A DNA stretch of 64,000 bases from Magallana gigas (lineage: Eukaryota), in assembly GCF_963853765.1 (NCBI RefSeq), contig NC_088857.1, forward strand, positions 42,346,001 through 42,410,000, given 5' to 3'. Within the stretch, counting starts at the first letter, position 1; each line of letters starts with the position of its first letter. Both the position numbers and the translations under genes were made by a program. Below the pieces are notes generated by a model that worked only from the letters and a program-made list of their open reading frames with translations, was not told where the DNA came from and made no database searches. Positions 1 through 11,863 of the stretch are shown one piece after another.

Positions 1-847
1 ATTTGCTAATTTCTAAAATGTTTAAGTACCCTGAAAGGTCCATGGATTTTTTTTTATTGTTTCCGTATTCTTAATACATGTATGATAAAAGGTCTTAAAG
101 AATCTTTGGCAACTTTTTTAGTTCAATTCATCGCACTTATCGTTCAGTCACAGTTTCAAAGTTATAATTTCTTATGAAACTCTCTTTGTTTTATTCTCAT
201 TAGTGTACATTATTAGTATTCCAAGAATTCAAGAGTATTTATGCGTTGTTTATCCATTTTATTTATAATTTTTATATCGTCACAAATATGGTTTGGCTAT
301 ATGGCTAGAGTTAAGAGTCATTTTCTTAAGAACCCTCTGCTTTCGACAAAAACACATTCTTAACGCTCAACGGACTATTGTTTCACAGCCATCTGAAGTT
401 AAAGAGAATATTTTGAATACATTTGAAATTATTTAAATATGATTAAAGATAATTAATTATATCCTTATTTTCATCTAGTAATATACTGATGAGAAAAATA
501 TAAGTTCTGAACGAAACACTAAAAATGAATGCAAACCATCTTAGGGGGGCTCGATGGTCGTGGTCATTTTAAGACTATATTTATCTTCTTTAGAGGAAGA
601 GCTCTCAATAAAGATATTGGGAAATATTCAAATTTTAAGGCAAAGATATTTGGATATTTTTTTTACTAATGAAAAGTTTATGGTCAATTTTATCATACCT
701 AAAATTTTAAGGCCTATCGGATGGTTAATTTGTTGACCATTAGGCTTCTTAAAAAGATATTCCTTGCAAAAATTCATCGCAAATTAGGCCTATATGTAAA
801 TGTAAGGATTTGACACGTTCCTGTGAAATCCCTGCCCCCATCTCGAG

Positions 848-3010
848 ATGTCAAAAGATTGGGTTAGTCTCTCGAGAATTATTTTTCCTATTTCTTTATT
901 ATAAACAGGTATGGTAATTTTGTTTGACACACAAGACTAGACTTACAATTCGGCTCGAATCAATTTTTTAAATGTTCAAATAAAACATTACTTAATTTTA
1001 ATAACACTGGAAAAGAAATCCAGAGCAACTTAAAATAAATTGTAGTTGAGGGGAAAAATGAGTGTTGCTTGCCATGAGCGTTCCTAAAGATATTTTAGGC
1101 ATGCTACTTGGCTAGTGGCTGGTTTATATCCTTTGAATGCTCCTAAATGATTGGTTTATTTTACAGCCGTCTTGCTAGTAGCTGGCTTAAGCGTTATAAG
1201 TGTTCCTACATGAGATTTTCTGTTCATGGAGGCCTGATTAGTGGCTGGTTTAGGTGCTAAAAGCATTCCTGTATGAGATTTTGTTTTCTTTAAAGGATGT
1301 CTAGCCAGTGGCTGGTTTAAGTGCTATGAGTGCTCCTACATGAACTATGATGACAGTGACTACCGATGCGTCACAAGTCCTGCCAACGCCACCAACGTTA
1401 GAGTCCGAGAATGTAGGCAGGGTGCCGCCGAGACGTGCGTCACAAAAACAGTGTATACAAAAGGTATATTGTAAAAGTGTATACGAAAGGTCGTGTATAT
1501 TGTAAAACAGAGTATAAAAAAGGTAGTGTATATTGAAAAACAGTGCATACAAAAGGTAGTGTATATTGTAAAACAGTGCATACAAAAGGTAGTGTATATT
1601 GGTAAATAAAATAATGTATACAAAGGTAGTGTACATCGTTAAACAGTGTATACAGAAGGAAGAGTGAATTAAAACAGTGTATGCAAAAGGGAGTGTACTA
1701 GTAAATTGTAAACAGTGTATACAAAAGGTAGTGTATATTGTAAAACAGTTCATACAAAAGGAAATGTATATTGTAAAAGGTAGTGTATATTTTAAAAGGG
1801 AGTGCATAGTGTTAAACTGTATACAAAAGGTAGTGTATATTGTAAAACTGTATACAAAAAGTAGTGTATATTTTAAAAGGTAGTGTATATTGTAAAAAGT
1901 AGTGTACATTGTAGAAACAGTGTGCATACATAAGGCAGTATTAATGTCGTAAAACATTGTATACAAAATGTAGTGTATATGCTTAAACAGAGTATTCAAT
2001 ATGTAGTGTATATCGTAAAACAGAGTAAACAAAAGGTAGTTTATATCGTATAAATGTATATCGTAAAACAGCGCAAACCAAAGGCAGTGTTTATCTTAAA
2101 ATACTGCACACAAAAGGCAGGGTTTATCGTATAACAGGGCATACAAAAGACATTGAATATCGCAAAACAGTATACACAAAAGATAATCTATATTGTTATA
2201 AAGGACTACGGACGCATGCTCCCTACCATGACCGATTCCATCTTGATTTATTTTTAATTTGTATACTATGGCCACGATAACATGCGGAAGATGCAAGTGT
2301 GAGTGCACATCCTTAAGAAATCGTTGACTTTAGTTCCCAACGAGTGAGGGAAAATTTCTTGAAAAAGAAGGATATATAAGCAATAACAAATTGCTCTTTC
2401 ACCAATCTTTCATTAAAAAAAACCCAGCTAGAAGTCTAGGACGATTCTGAGCACTTCATATTATACCTGCACTCATTAAGTAAATTTATGAAATTCTTTC
2501 TCAGGCGTTATTTAGCCTTGTGGTTGACCTTTTCTTTGTTAAACGTAATTAAAACATAAATTATGATGTAAAACAAAATGATCAAAGAAAATTTAACGTA
2601 AAATTCTTATCTGAAAAATAAAATGAATATAAAACTTTATTTAATTATTTGCATCTGTTATCAATGCATATTTTCATAAATGGATGAAAATTAATCTTAC
2701 TCTGTTTTATTTTCTGTTTACAGATAGAACACAGATCTATTTTATGTACAGAAATTGCTCAGTGCCCGACTCGTTTGACTGTGGTATATCGTGTTGTGTG
2801 AATGACAGCGTCCATGACTTCACTTGTCAGAAGCATTGCCGCGGTGATTTCTGTAATTTCGAGGACGAGAGTGTTCGATTAGTTCAAACTCAAGCCCATC
2901 AAACAGCACCCGGAAGTGGGGCGTTGTCCATTTTACACAAATTTATTCGAATGACCGTTTGTATGGGATTATTATTTATTTATATCTTTAATTTTCTTTT
3001 CTGTTTTTAA
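848..3010 (+). CDS. Ly6/uPAR (three-finger, quiver/sleepless-like) GPI-type protein, locus Ly6-0; candidate exon 1 carries a stop codon
   Basis: Exon 1296-1463 (phase 1-1, 168 nt): GCLASGWFKCYECSYMNYDDSDYRCVTSPANATNVRVRECRQGAAETCVTKTVYTK. Exon 2724-3010: DRTQIYFMYRNCSVPDSFDCGISCC...CQKHCRGDFCN plus a hydrophobic tail. CxxC start, terminal CN motif and GPI-like tail are typical of Ly6. Candidate signal-peptide exon 848-908 (donor CAG|GTATGG) has an in-frame TAA at 902-904, so the 5' end is uncertain. Confidence 0.75.
1050..1345 (+). repeat. Degenerate ~63-bp tandem repeat copied from the acceptor end of the Ly6-0 exon
   Basis: Motif (a)gtggctggttt..tgctcctacatga recurs at about 1115, 1178, 1241 and 1308 (periods 63, 63, 67); the last copy is the true exon start. 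Confidence 0.75.
1445..2190 (+). repeat. ~33-bp minisatellite (aaaacagtgtatacaaaaggtagtgtatattgt), roughly 20 degenerate copies
   Basis: Directly visible. The first unit overlaps the last exon bases and the donor at 1463/1464. Confidence 0.92.
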
Positions 3011-3601
3011 AACTATTCATTATCAAAGCAAAAGCTAGTGTTTCATTTATTGTATCCACGTACAAGTATTATAAGTGTTACTGATGTCCTTATATTGTAC
3101 TTTTTGAAATGTTTTATTAATTAGCTTTAATTGTTTTATACTTTAAAATATTAAATATTATTTATTGTAAAAGAAAGATTTGGTTTCTTTTTTAGATATA
3201 AAGAAAATTAATGAAATGCACCCTGCATGCCGTGAGCACTTTGTAATGTCAAATGGGGCTTTGTAAAACATCAATGGTCGATTGTTAAACAATAGCTACT
3301 AAACCATCTGACAGTGTATTCGTCTTTTTTTCTTAATGAGTCGTGCACTTGGTTCAAGAATGCCTTTTCGAAGACAAACGCATTTTATCAAATGCAAATT
3401 TAAATCAATTCAAAGTGATATCGATAAGAAGATTGCATGTTAACAAGTTCTTGAATAGCCCAAAGTGAAAAGTGTAAAGAATGGGTATATACAGATCTTC
3501 TTTAACATAGGAAGAAAATGCTTTAAAATGGTCATAACTATTTTGCCTCTTTAATGCGAAATTTAAATGAGGAAAATCGTTAATAAGATAATGGGATTTA
3601 A

Positions 3602-3938
3602 GGTGGTTCACTATACTTTGATATTGTTTCTCAACTCAGCATAAAACTATTTGATTATAAAAAAAATAGCATAATACATAAGTGTATTACTATGTAACTC
3701 AAATAGTCGAAAAATAAGGAGTTTGGGGTTCGGGGAAAGAATATGATTTTCTAAAATTAGATTCAGAAATATAAACAAAAACCTCGGCGAATTTGAACTC
3801 CTTGTTGCAGTTCACATGTTTGATACTTTAAACACTGAGCTATGATGATATTCAATTAAATCTATTGATACAAATGCTTTCACAAAACATTAAAATCCCT
3901 ATCTTGTGACATCGTGTCATGAGCTGTAGTTAGCTACC
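3602..3938. mobile_element. Old TTAA-associated (Kolobok-like) MITE with an internal tRNA-like cassette
   Basis: TTAA at 3598-3601, then GGTGGTTCACTATAC, with an imperfect inverted copy ending GCTACC near 3938 (about 10/15 match). Minus-strand A box TAGCTCAGTG and B box GAGTTCAAATTC lie within 3781-3847. Confidence 0.5.
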
Positions 3939-4922
3939 TCTAATGCAGTTTATACATATTACTTTTTACAAATGTAAACAATTTCACAGACTCATTAAGA
4001 CTCATCAAAAAAGTACATGTACATGATGAAGAAATGATGAACATGTATAAACAGATAGAGAAAATTACCCTGTATTTCTATTTTAAGAAGGTAAGGAGAT
4101 TTTATTCGTGAATTTGTGACGTGGACTTTGTGTTCGTGGCCATCTTTAAGCTATATTTACCTCCCTTTAACGGAGAGTTTTGTATCAAGATATAGGGAAA
4201 TGTTCAAATTTTGAAAGAAAAATATTTGGATTTTATTTTACTAAACAGTGGCCAAAAATTTCAGATTCAAAAATTTAAGTCAGATTTGATGGTTAATATG
4301 TTGGCCATCTAGCCTTCTCAAGTAGTTTTTTTTTATTTTCTGGAAAAAATACCGTACATACAATAAAAATGCATTTCATAGAATAGGTTTTTTTTATAAG
4401 TGAAAAAGTTTAACTAAATCAACCATAGAGAAGAAGCGAATGACGATTTACGAGATGCGATTCCTATTGTCTGTAATGTTTCTCATCAATTCTACTCGTG
4501 TCACAAATGGTACACCATTCAATCCTTAATAAAGGCGTATCTCTGTCCTGACACATACCATCCAAATGATGAAAATATTAACTAAGATATCCAACAACTG
4601 CGCAGAAGTCTGATGGAAATGATACTAACAATGCTTTCATACGGGCAATAAAGTCCGTTTCAAATTTAGAAATAGAAAGTCATGTCAACTTTCATTAATT
4701 AGATAAAGCACTTATTAATAATAGTAAAACAAATAACAGAAGTAAACCGAATAATTCAACACACCCAAAAATATGAAGTTTGAACATTGATAAGACAACG
4801 TCTATCAATTCCTCTCATGTTACGTAATACAATATCTGGCTATAATAATAGTGTGATCTTTCTGAGGAAAACATCTGGTACATGCGCATTTGTTGTTGCG
4901 CTTCATTCCATTCGACTGCAAT

Positions 4923-6134
4923 ATGGGGCGCCTTTTGATAGCCACTCTCTTCTTCTGTTATCGTAAGTTTAAATTATGCATTCTTTTCTTTATCATTTTG
5001 GTGGAAACATTAAAGTCATAGATGTTAATTAATTAAATTATTTCCAGTCATGTTAAAGGTGCAAATAGTTAAAAAAACAATGTACACTTTTTTTTACACA
5101 TTTATATTTCACGTGATTTATAGTATATACTTATTTCACCAACCTAATTACCTAATTACCCAAAGAGCTAACAATTTATTATTCCAATTTTAAATTTAAA
5201 AGTCGCAAATTTTGAAAATTGACTTCACCGAATTTGTTCCACTTTTAACAATATTTTTCAGATTTTATATGGCTAACAAATATTGAATTACTCTTCTTCG
5301 TTTAGTTCCGACTTGAAAAATGTATTCACACATACTAAATTAAATTAGTCTTGGTTGAAAATGTGTTATTTTGGGTATTTTGAGGTTAAAAGACAAAAAA
5401 TCATGGTTATTTTAAATAGTTTCCATTAAAAAAGCTTTGATTAAATGTTGTTTTTCTTTCTAATATTTTTTATATGAATTGTTTCTGTATTTTACATTTC
5501 TGATTAGATGATACGTTATAATCTTATATAGGAACAATGAAAACAAAACATGAAAAATTAAATAATAACAAACAATGACAATAGTCTTTCAAATTGTCTT
5601 CTTTTTAATTACTTACAGTGGAATAGATTACTTTGAGATATACATTCAATATTTTTAAAAGTATGTGAAATCAAAAAAAAAAATATTACCGTTCCAACGA
5701 AATAAAGAATTATAACGATTGGTAATAAAATGCACTTTAAAATTCTTTTTAAAAAACGTAAGAATTCCAACAGTTCTCGAAATTCCTTGCATATAAAAAC
5801 TTTAACCTACTAAGTTACGCTGCTACGCTGAAAGGATTAATTATATTGTTTATCTCAAAATATTGATAGAGTCCTATTCCTTTACATGACCGACCTGACA
5901 TTGAGACCTAAATCGCAACTTCTCGGACCTTTTCGACAACTGGGCTGATTGGTTTCAGCAATGTCCCTTGGTGTTTTCAAAAGACAGATGAACTCTTCCC
6001 TATTTCAGTGGACTTATCTCTGGAGGCTGACCATGCCTGTCACGGCCATCACCACTGCACCAGCGTACAGTGTCCGAGCACCACGAGCGCCAGTTCAATC
6101 TGTGTCCACGGGGAGTGTCGATGTTCTCAATGTC

Positions 6135-6199
<65 letters not shown>

Positions 6200-6698
6200 T
6201 CAAATATTTTCATATAGATTATGACTTAATCGCGACAAAACGGACTGGCGTAGGATATTAAAAAGCTTGGAGATCAGTGTTCGTGAGACACATGAACTGT
6301 TTTATCTCTGTAGTCGGCGTTGGGCTGCTTTGCCATGCCTACCATCATGCGGACAACACCCATGACCTGAACTGTGTAGACGCAGGCGTTAATTGTACCG
6401 ACGGCCATAGACCAAGCTGCCACGGTGGATACTGTGCATGCACCCATAACTCAGTCCGTAAGAGCGCGTTTAATACATAAAATCGTGATTTTTCCCTTTT
6501 TGCATCAATCGTTTAATGGTTTTTTACCATACTGTAGATTGTCATACTGTGAACGATTGCATACACGGGGATCAGGACTTTCACCTCGGACAGTGCGTGG
6601 ACGTGGGCGGCGTACACGGTTTCTGGTTTTGTTCTGCCGATCACCAGTGTAAATGTATATTCTACTCCCACACGAACGCCAGCAGTTTAGTTGGTTAA
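4923..6698 (+). CDS. Secreted His/Cys-rich cvSI-type (I84-like) protease-inhibitor homologue with three six-Cys modules, 155 aa
   Basis: Exons 4923-4962 (MGRLLIATLFFCY, donor GTAAGT), 6009-6131, 6314-6457 and 6538-6698, all phase 1; total 468 nt, open. Each module is C-C-C-C-x4/5-CxC, e.g. CHGHHHCTSVQCPSTTSASSICVHGECRC. AATAAA follows the stop. Family assignment rests on Cys spacing. Confidence 0.82.
6138..6191. repeat. (AG)n microsatellite immediately after a splice donor
   Basis: Perfect dinucleotide run; it generates the spurious ERER/SLSL ORFs. Confidence 0.97.
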
Positions 6699-6859
6699 AA
6701 TAAACCAAAATCTATATTTATTTAGTATGTAAGTATTGTTGTACTTTGATAATGTATAGTAGAACAAAAACGTCCAAACATTTTTTGTTGTTGGGAACAA
6801 TACAATATTCAAGTGAAAGTACCTTGAAATAAATTCAGACTGTTAATCAATCAGCTCAA

Positions 6860-7302
6860 GGTCAGACGACACGTTCCTCGATTTTAGATAACTTTTTCCA
6901 GGAATTTGTTAATGGTTTACTACTACTTTGACAAGCTTTCTTGCAAAAAATTAGGGTACCTTACCAGGCATTTCTGCAAAATACTAGAGTATTCAATTTC
7001 CTATATAACCTTCTTGAAAATACACTTGAATTGCTGATATAAATACATATACAGCACAGTAAAATTCACTATATTGAAACTCTATCTCGACCGGGGCGGG
7101 GCTTTGAACTCACGACCTCTAGAACCTATATGCTTCTAGCACTGAGCGGCCACGGTTCTAACCACTCGGCCATCTAGACACATAACTACATCCAATTAAA
7201 TTTTAATCATTTTTAAAATAATTATAAAATTATTCTTTTTTATTGGAACTCTTTATTACGCGGAGATACAAAAAAGATTCTCGAGGAACGTGTCGTCTGA
7301 CC
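6860..7302. mobile_element. Kolobok-like MITE with 22-bp TIRs and an internal tRNA-like cassette
   Basis: GGTCAGACGACACGTTCCTCGA ... TCGAGGAACGTGTCGTCTGACC, flanked by TCAA and TTAA. Minus-strand 7091-7178 reads TGGCCGAGTGG (A box) ... GAGTTCAAAGCC (B box). Confidence 0.8.
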
Positions 7303-7516
7303 TTAAGGTGATTAAAAAGGAGGTCGTTTCAATAGCAAAGTGGTTCCTGAAAGTACAGAAGTAAATTTTAAAGAAAAAAACCATTGTACTAACCAATAAA
7401 CATATGCCCATGGTTTAAGTTACACTATGTTTAAGGTATACGGTACAAGGTATGGCTATCAGTAAGTTCGCCTGGGACGAAAAAAGAGAAAGAACTTGTC
7501 TTTAAGATACTTGCTA

Positions 7517-9175
7517 AAGTTCAAGTTCTTTATTCCAAGAGACAAATGTCTCATAGGTTATATATATGAACATATACATATTAAATAAACAGTAAGAAAA
7601 ACAAAGTGTACATAATCAATTTGGATAATTCACATGGAGAGTTCGTTGCTTGTTTGTATAATATAAATATTTACATAAATTACACAGTTCTTTAGTATTA
7701 GAGGTAGAAAATAACTGTATAACTTTATAGACACTTGGTTTTCGGGAGTAGTATTTTTTAATATACTTATCTCTTAACTACAAAGTGATGGACAAATAAG
7801 TAAAAAATGGAACTCATCTTCAGTTACATTTAAGTTGCAAGATTCACATTTTCGACAATCACGTGTTAAATTATCATACCTCCCTGTTTCAATCTTTAAG
7901 TCATGTGAGGACAACCGTAAGCGTGTAATTAATTTACGATATTTTACATGAATTGGTTTCTTTAGGTAAACTTGTAAACAAAAATGATCAACAACATGTT
8001 TATATAATATACATTTTGATGCATTGCTTATATCGTTAACAACTTTTTGTTTAAAGACATCACACATTCTATTAAAAATAATATCTAAAATAACAGACTC
8101 TTTCATAGTACTTTGATATAAATCGGCTAAGCCTAAGATGGACAATTCTTTCCTAATATTTGAAATCCATATGTCATTATTTTTCACCATGTCTTCGTAG
8201 CATGCTTTTAAAATACAGTTTTTACTGTTTCTTAATTTAAACCAGTATTTAAAAATTTTTTGTTTCCTGAAAATCTCTAATGGAAATCTACCTACTTCAT
8301 AATAAACTGCACTGTTGCAAGTATTTTTTCTGACACCCAAAACCTTCTTACAAAAATTTATATAGACTTTTTCTACATCTTGACCTTTATGGAATCCCCA
8401 AATTTCAGCACCATAACTAAGTACACTTTTTACATAAGTATCAAAAACATTCAATTGAGTTTCAACATTAAAACTCAAATCTTTCATTTTACTAGATATG
8501 CTGAACATTGCTTTATTTCCCTGTGGTGCACAGTGCTTTTGTGTAGATAAAAATTTACCATTGTAGTTAAACAACATACCAAGATAGTTAAATTGATTCA
8601 CTACTTCTACGTATTTGCTATTGTATTCCCATTTTTCATTATCTTTAACACATTTTCCGTTTCTAAAAATTACAATTTTGGTTTTTTGTACATTAACAGA
8701 TAAGTTCCATTCATCAGTATATCTGTGCAATGTGTTCAGCATATCCTGTAAACCCTCGGGCGATTCTGCCAAAAGGACAGTATCATCAGCATACATAATT
8801 AAAAACATATTAATCATTTGTAATTCAATTGATGTACAATTACTATTTATAAAATATCTTTCAAAATCATTATGGTACATTGAAAATAATAATGGAGACA
8901 ATATTTCACCTTGTAGAACTCCAGCTGAGATTCTAAATGTTTCTGTAAATGTACCTTTATGTTTAACACATGCTCTTACATTCTTATATAGAGACTTAAT
9001 AATACGTAACAATTTTCCTCCAAAACCCTCCATTTGCAATTTATACCATAGTTTTGATCTATCAATTAAGTCAAAGGCCTTTGTATAATCCACAAAACAA
9101 CAGTACAATCTTTTTTTGTTTTTTAAAGTTCTACTTATGAGATTCTGTAAAAGAAAACATCTTTTACCCAAAAAA
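7517..9175 (-). mobile_element. 5'-truncated non-LTR retrotransposon (LINE; RT plus C-terminal zinc knuckle; RTE-X-like)
   Basis: ORF 7774-9171 has FVDYTKAFD, GVLQGEILSPLLF, YADD and CESC..EDEFHFLLIC. The native C-terminus continues in another frame (RDKYIKKYYSRKPSV), so there is a frameshift near 7780. The 3' end reads AATAAAGAACTTGAACTT at about 7517-7535. An A36 run (9189-9224) sits at the truncated end. The clade call is inference. Confidence 0.9.
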
Positions 9176-9180
9176 CGAGG

Positions 9181-9225
<45 letters not shown>

Positions 9226-10077
9226 AAGACTAAAAATCGTTTAGATAAACGAAACATTTTACATTTTCTGTCATAATTAGTGTTGATATTTTGAAATGCT
9301 GCAAAACTAGCTTTACAAGAATTTCAAGTTGAGCGACCGTATAGAGCTTTAGTTCAGCATGATGATGGAGACACTTCGAAATTTTAATGTATGGGTAAAT
9401 TTTAGAACATTAAAATGAAAAACACCCGCATTGTATTTCGCGGATAAATGAACGTTTGTTTTGAGCTAATCTCATTAGATTTCTTTCATATATCGTGGAA
9501 ATATCTTATATCAAAATTTTCTTCTGACAATTTACGATTAATATTGACATTTAGTCATTTCCCTACATCATAACTGTTGCAAGTTTTTGTTTTTTTTTAA
9601 TCCTTGTGATACAAAATAAATACATATATGTAGTGTTGTTTTAAATGAACTTCATCACCTTTTTACGAGAAGTGGAAACTTAAAAGGTTATAAAACCTAT
9701 CATTAGTGGTTCCATCATACTGTTGTCATGAAGGCTCTTTGGAATAAACTGCATTTACGGAATGACGTAGAAATTTTGAATGTATGGATTGTTCCCAAAG
9801 ATATTAAATGATTCTATATGAACTGCTCGATACATTTACCTCAAAATTTAAGACGACATCTTGGCACAAGGTAAAAAAGAATTCTCTTGTAGAGACCACC
9901 ATCAAACTCAAATACGTACATAAACTAAAAGGTTGGGTTTTTTTTTTTATAAATTAAATGATTTAGAAAATTGAATGATGTTTCCTTGAAATAAGGCTAT
10001 TCAAACAAGATCGCATGAATTTGATTTTATTGAAAAACAGATAAAAACACACGTACAAAATTCAGAGGAGTCCACAT

Positions 10078-11863
10078 TTAGAAGAAGAAACACTTGCACA
10101 CGTTATCAACACAATGCCAAAATCCGTCTCTTCCGTGGAGGTTACACTGCCCTAAATTCAGACAGTCGTTGACAAACTTGCAGGATTGTGCTGGAAGGAG
10201 AACGGTATGTTATAAACTGTGGTTTATTTATTTCGTTTCAATGATGTTTTACTTTGGATCAGTGATTCTATCAAAAAAAATTATTAGATATTGCACTTCA
10301 CACTTCAACAAATTAATTATTTAAGTTTGTGGGTCAACAAAATGAAATCCATTAAATTTGGAATTCAACAAATATTGATACATATCATTTATAAAATTGA
10401 TTTCTTGTAAATTGCCCTCTTTATAAAGCAGTACATATACGCACTAAAGATAAAAATCCAATATATAAATCTCTTTAGACGATAAAATGTATATACTATC
10501 TAGTTTTTGCTAATTTGAGAGTTTCTTACATACATGGATTTACATTATTTTGCATTTTATTAACATAGTCATATATCTAATCAACTCCTTTTAGTCTTCA
10601 CAAAAATAAGTCTGTACAAAAAAGGAAACGTTACGTATATTTGGCAAACTTTATTTATCTATTACTTAATCAATCTATTCTACCTAGATCTTATACGAAT
10701 TTCTTACATGTAGCATGCTCGCACGTGCATAATCCTGAGTGGCAGCCTTTGACATATCCATGGGCACAGTGGAGTTCGTTACTGGTACACACCCCGTCAG
10801 AATTACAGGGGACACCTACTGCTAACCCCACTAAAAATACAAAAAAAGTGCATCGTAATTTTGTATTAGTTGGTTTTTATTCAAGGATATTTTGTATTGC
10901 TGTGTCATCCGATTAGAAATCATGCACTTTGTAAGCTTGTATTTTGAATATTTGGTATATTTTTAATGTTAGCTGGTGTATTATATCGGTTTAAATGACT
11001 TGAATTCGACCTTTGAACCCAACAAACTCCATTTACAATAATGATAATATTTTTTCATCAATAAATATGATTGCAGGCGATTTGTACAAAGTTTCTCTGG
11101 TCTTGTCAATGAATTTGTTGACTTAAATGATATAATTGATAAACATTGGTTTTTATTTGCTTTATATCTGTTTTGTTTAAAATTGTTTAATCTTGCCTTT
11201 AGAAACTGAAGATACTGTCAAAGGACAGCTACTTAATTACTAGTGTTATAGATTTAGCTGAATTTTTTTTACACAATTTAATGTACATTATCTTTGTGAG
11301 CTTCATAATAGTACCAGTTTTCATTTATTGTTTTATTGTTATATGTTTTTATTTATAATTCGTAACTTGTTCTAAGCAAATTAGCGTTTTGTTATATTTG
11401 AAATTCAAGTTGAATTCATAAATTTCAAGTTTTTCGAGTTAAGGTGAAATGGGACACCTCCATATTGTGATGCTATTGATAAACGTATGCTAAGGATCAA
11501 GGGGAAAGTGTACTCGTATAAAATAGACTTTTGACAAGTTTTGACAGAGAGATGTTTTAATTATTCAAATGTCCTCGTTTGAACAACGTCTTTTAGATAC
11601 GTTTTTCTTAATCTTACATCAGTTAGATTTTTCTTAAATGTTTTGTAAAGATATCTATGTTCACTGTACTTGTGAAACGCTGATAAGACCCTGCCTGTAT
11701 GATATATTAAAAACCTATTAAGAACACAAAGTTGTATGATTTTCCAGTTGCGAAACAGGAACATTTTGACCATTTTGCAAAGTTTAGTGGTTTGGCAAAA
11801 CAAATGCAAATTAATATACTTACAAAGACACACGACAATGAGAAGATGAGGAACTATATCCAT
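10078..11863 (-). CDS. Secreted cvSI-2-like (I84-like) two-module protease-inhibitor homologue, 91 aa
   Basis: Exons 11863-11824, 10830-10708 and 10190-10078 (phase 1) give MDIVPHLLIVVCLLGLAVGVPCNSDGVCTSNELHCAHGYVKGCHSGLCTCEHATSQSCKFVNDCLNLGQCNLHGRDGFWHCVDNVCKCFFF, with 12 module Cys and strong GTAAGT/GTAAGA donors. Confidence 0.87.

Noticed and set aside
1301-2032. 243-aa minus-strand ORF and overlapping ORFs 1360-1623 and 1677-1883
   Set aside because: They are translations of the 33-bp minisatellite and the antisense of a Ly6 exon.
5949-6261. ORFs with ERER/SLSL runs (also 18766, 28042, 31566)
   Set aside because: Produced by (AG)n/(CT)n microsatellites; only their exon-overlapping parts are coding.
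7091-7178. Possible tRNA genes here and at 3781-3847 and 40866-40960
   Set aside because: A/B boxes are present but I could not build convincing acceptor and anticodon stems, and they lie inside repeats; treated as tRNA-derived.
8615-9088. 157-aa plus-strand ORF (also 33180-33596, 34009-34245, 56848-57096, 58665-58988)
   Set aside because: Antisense shadows of real coding sequence on the opposite strand.
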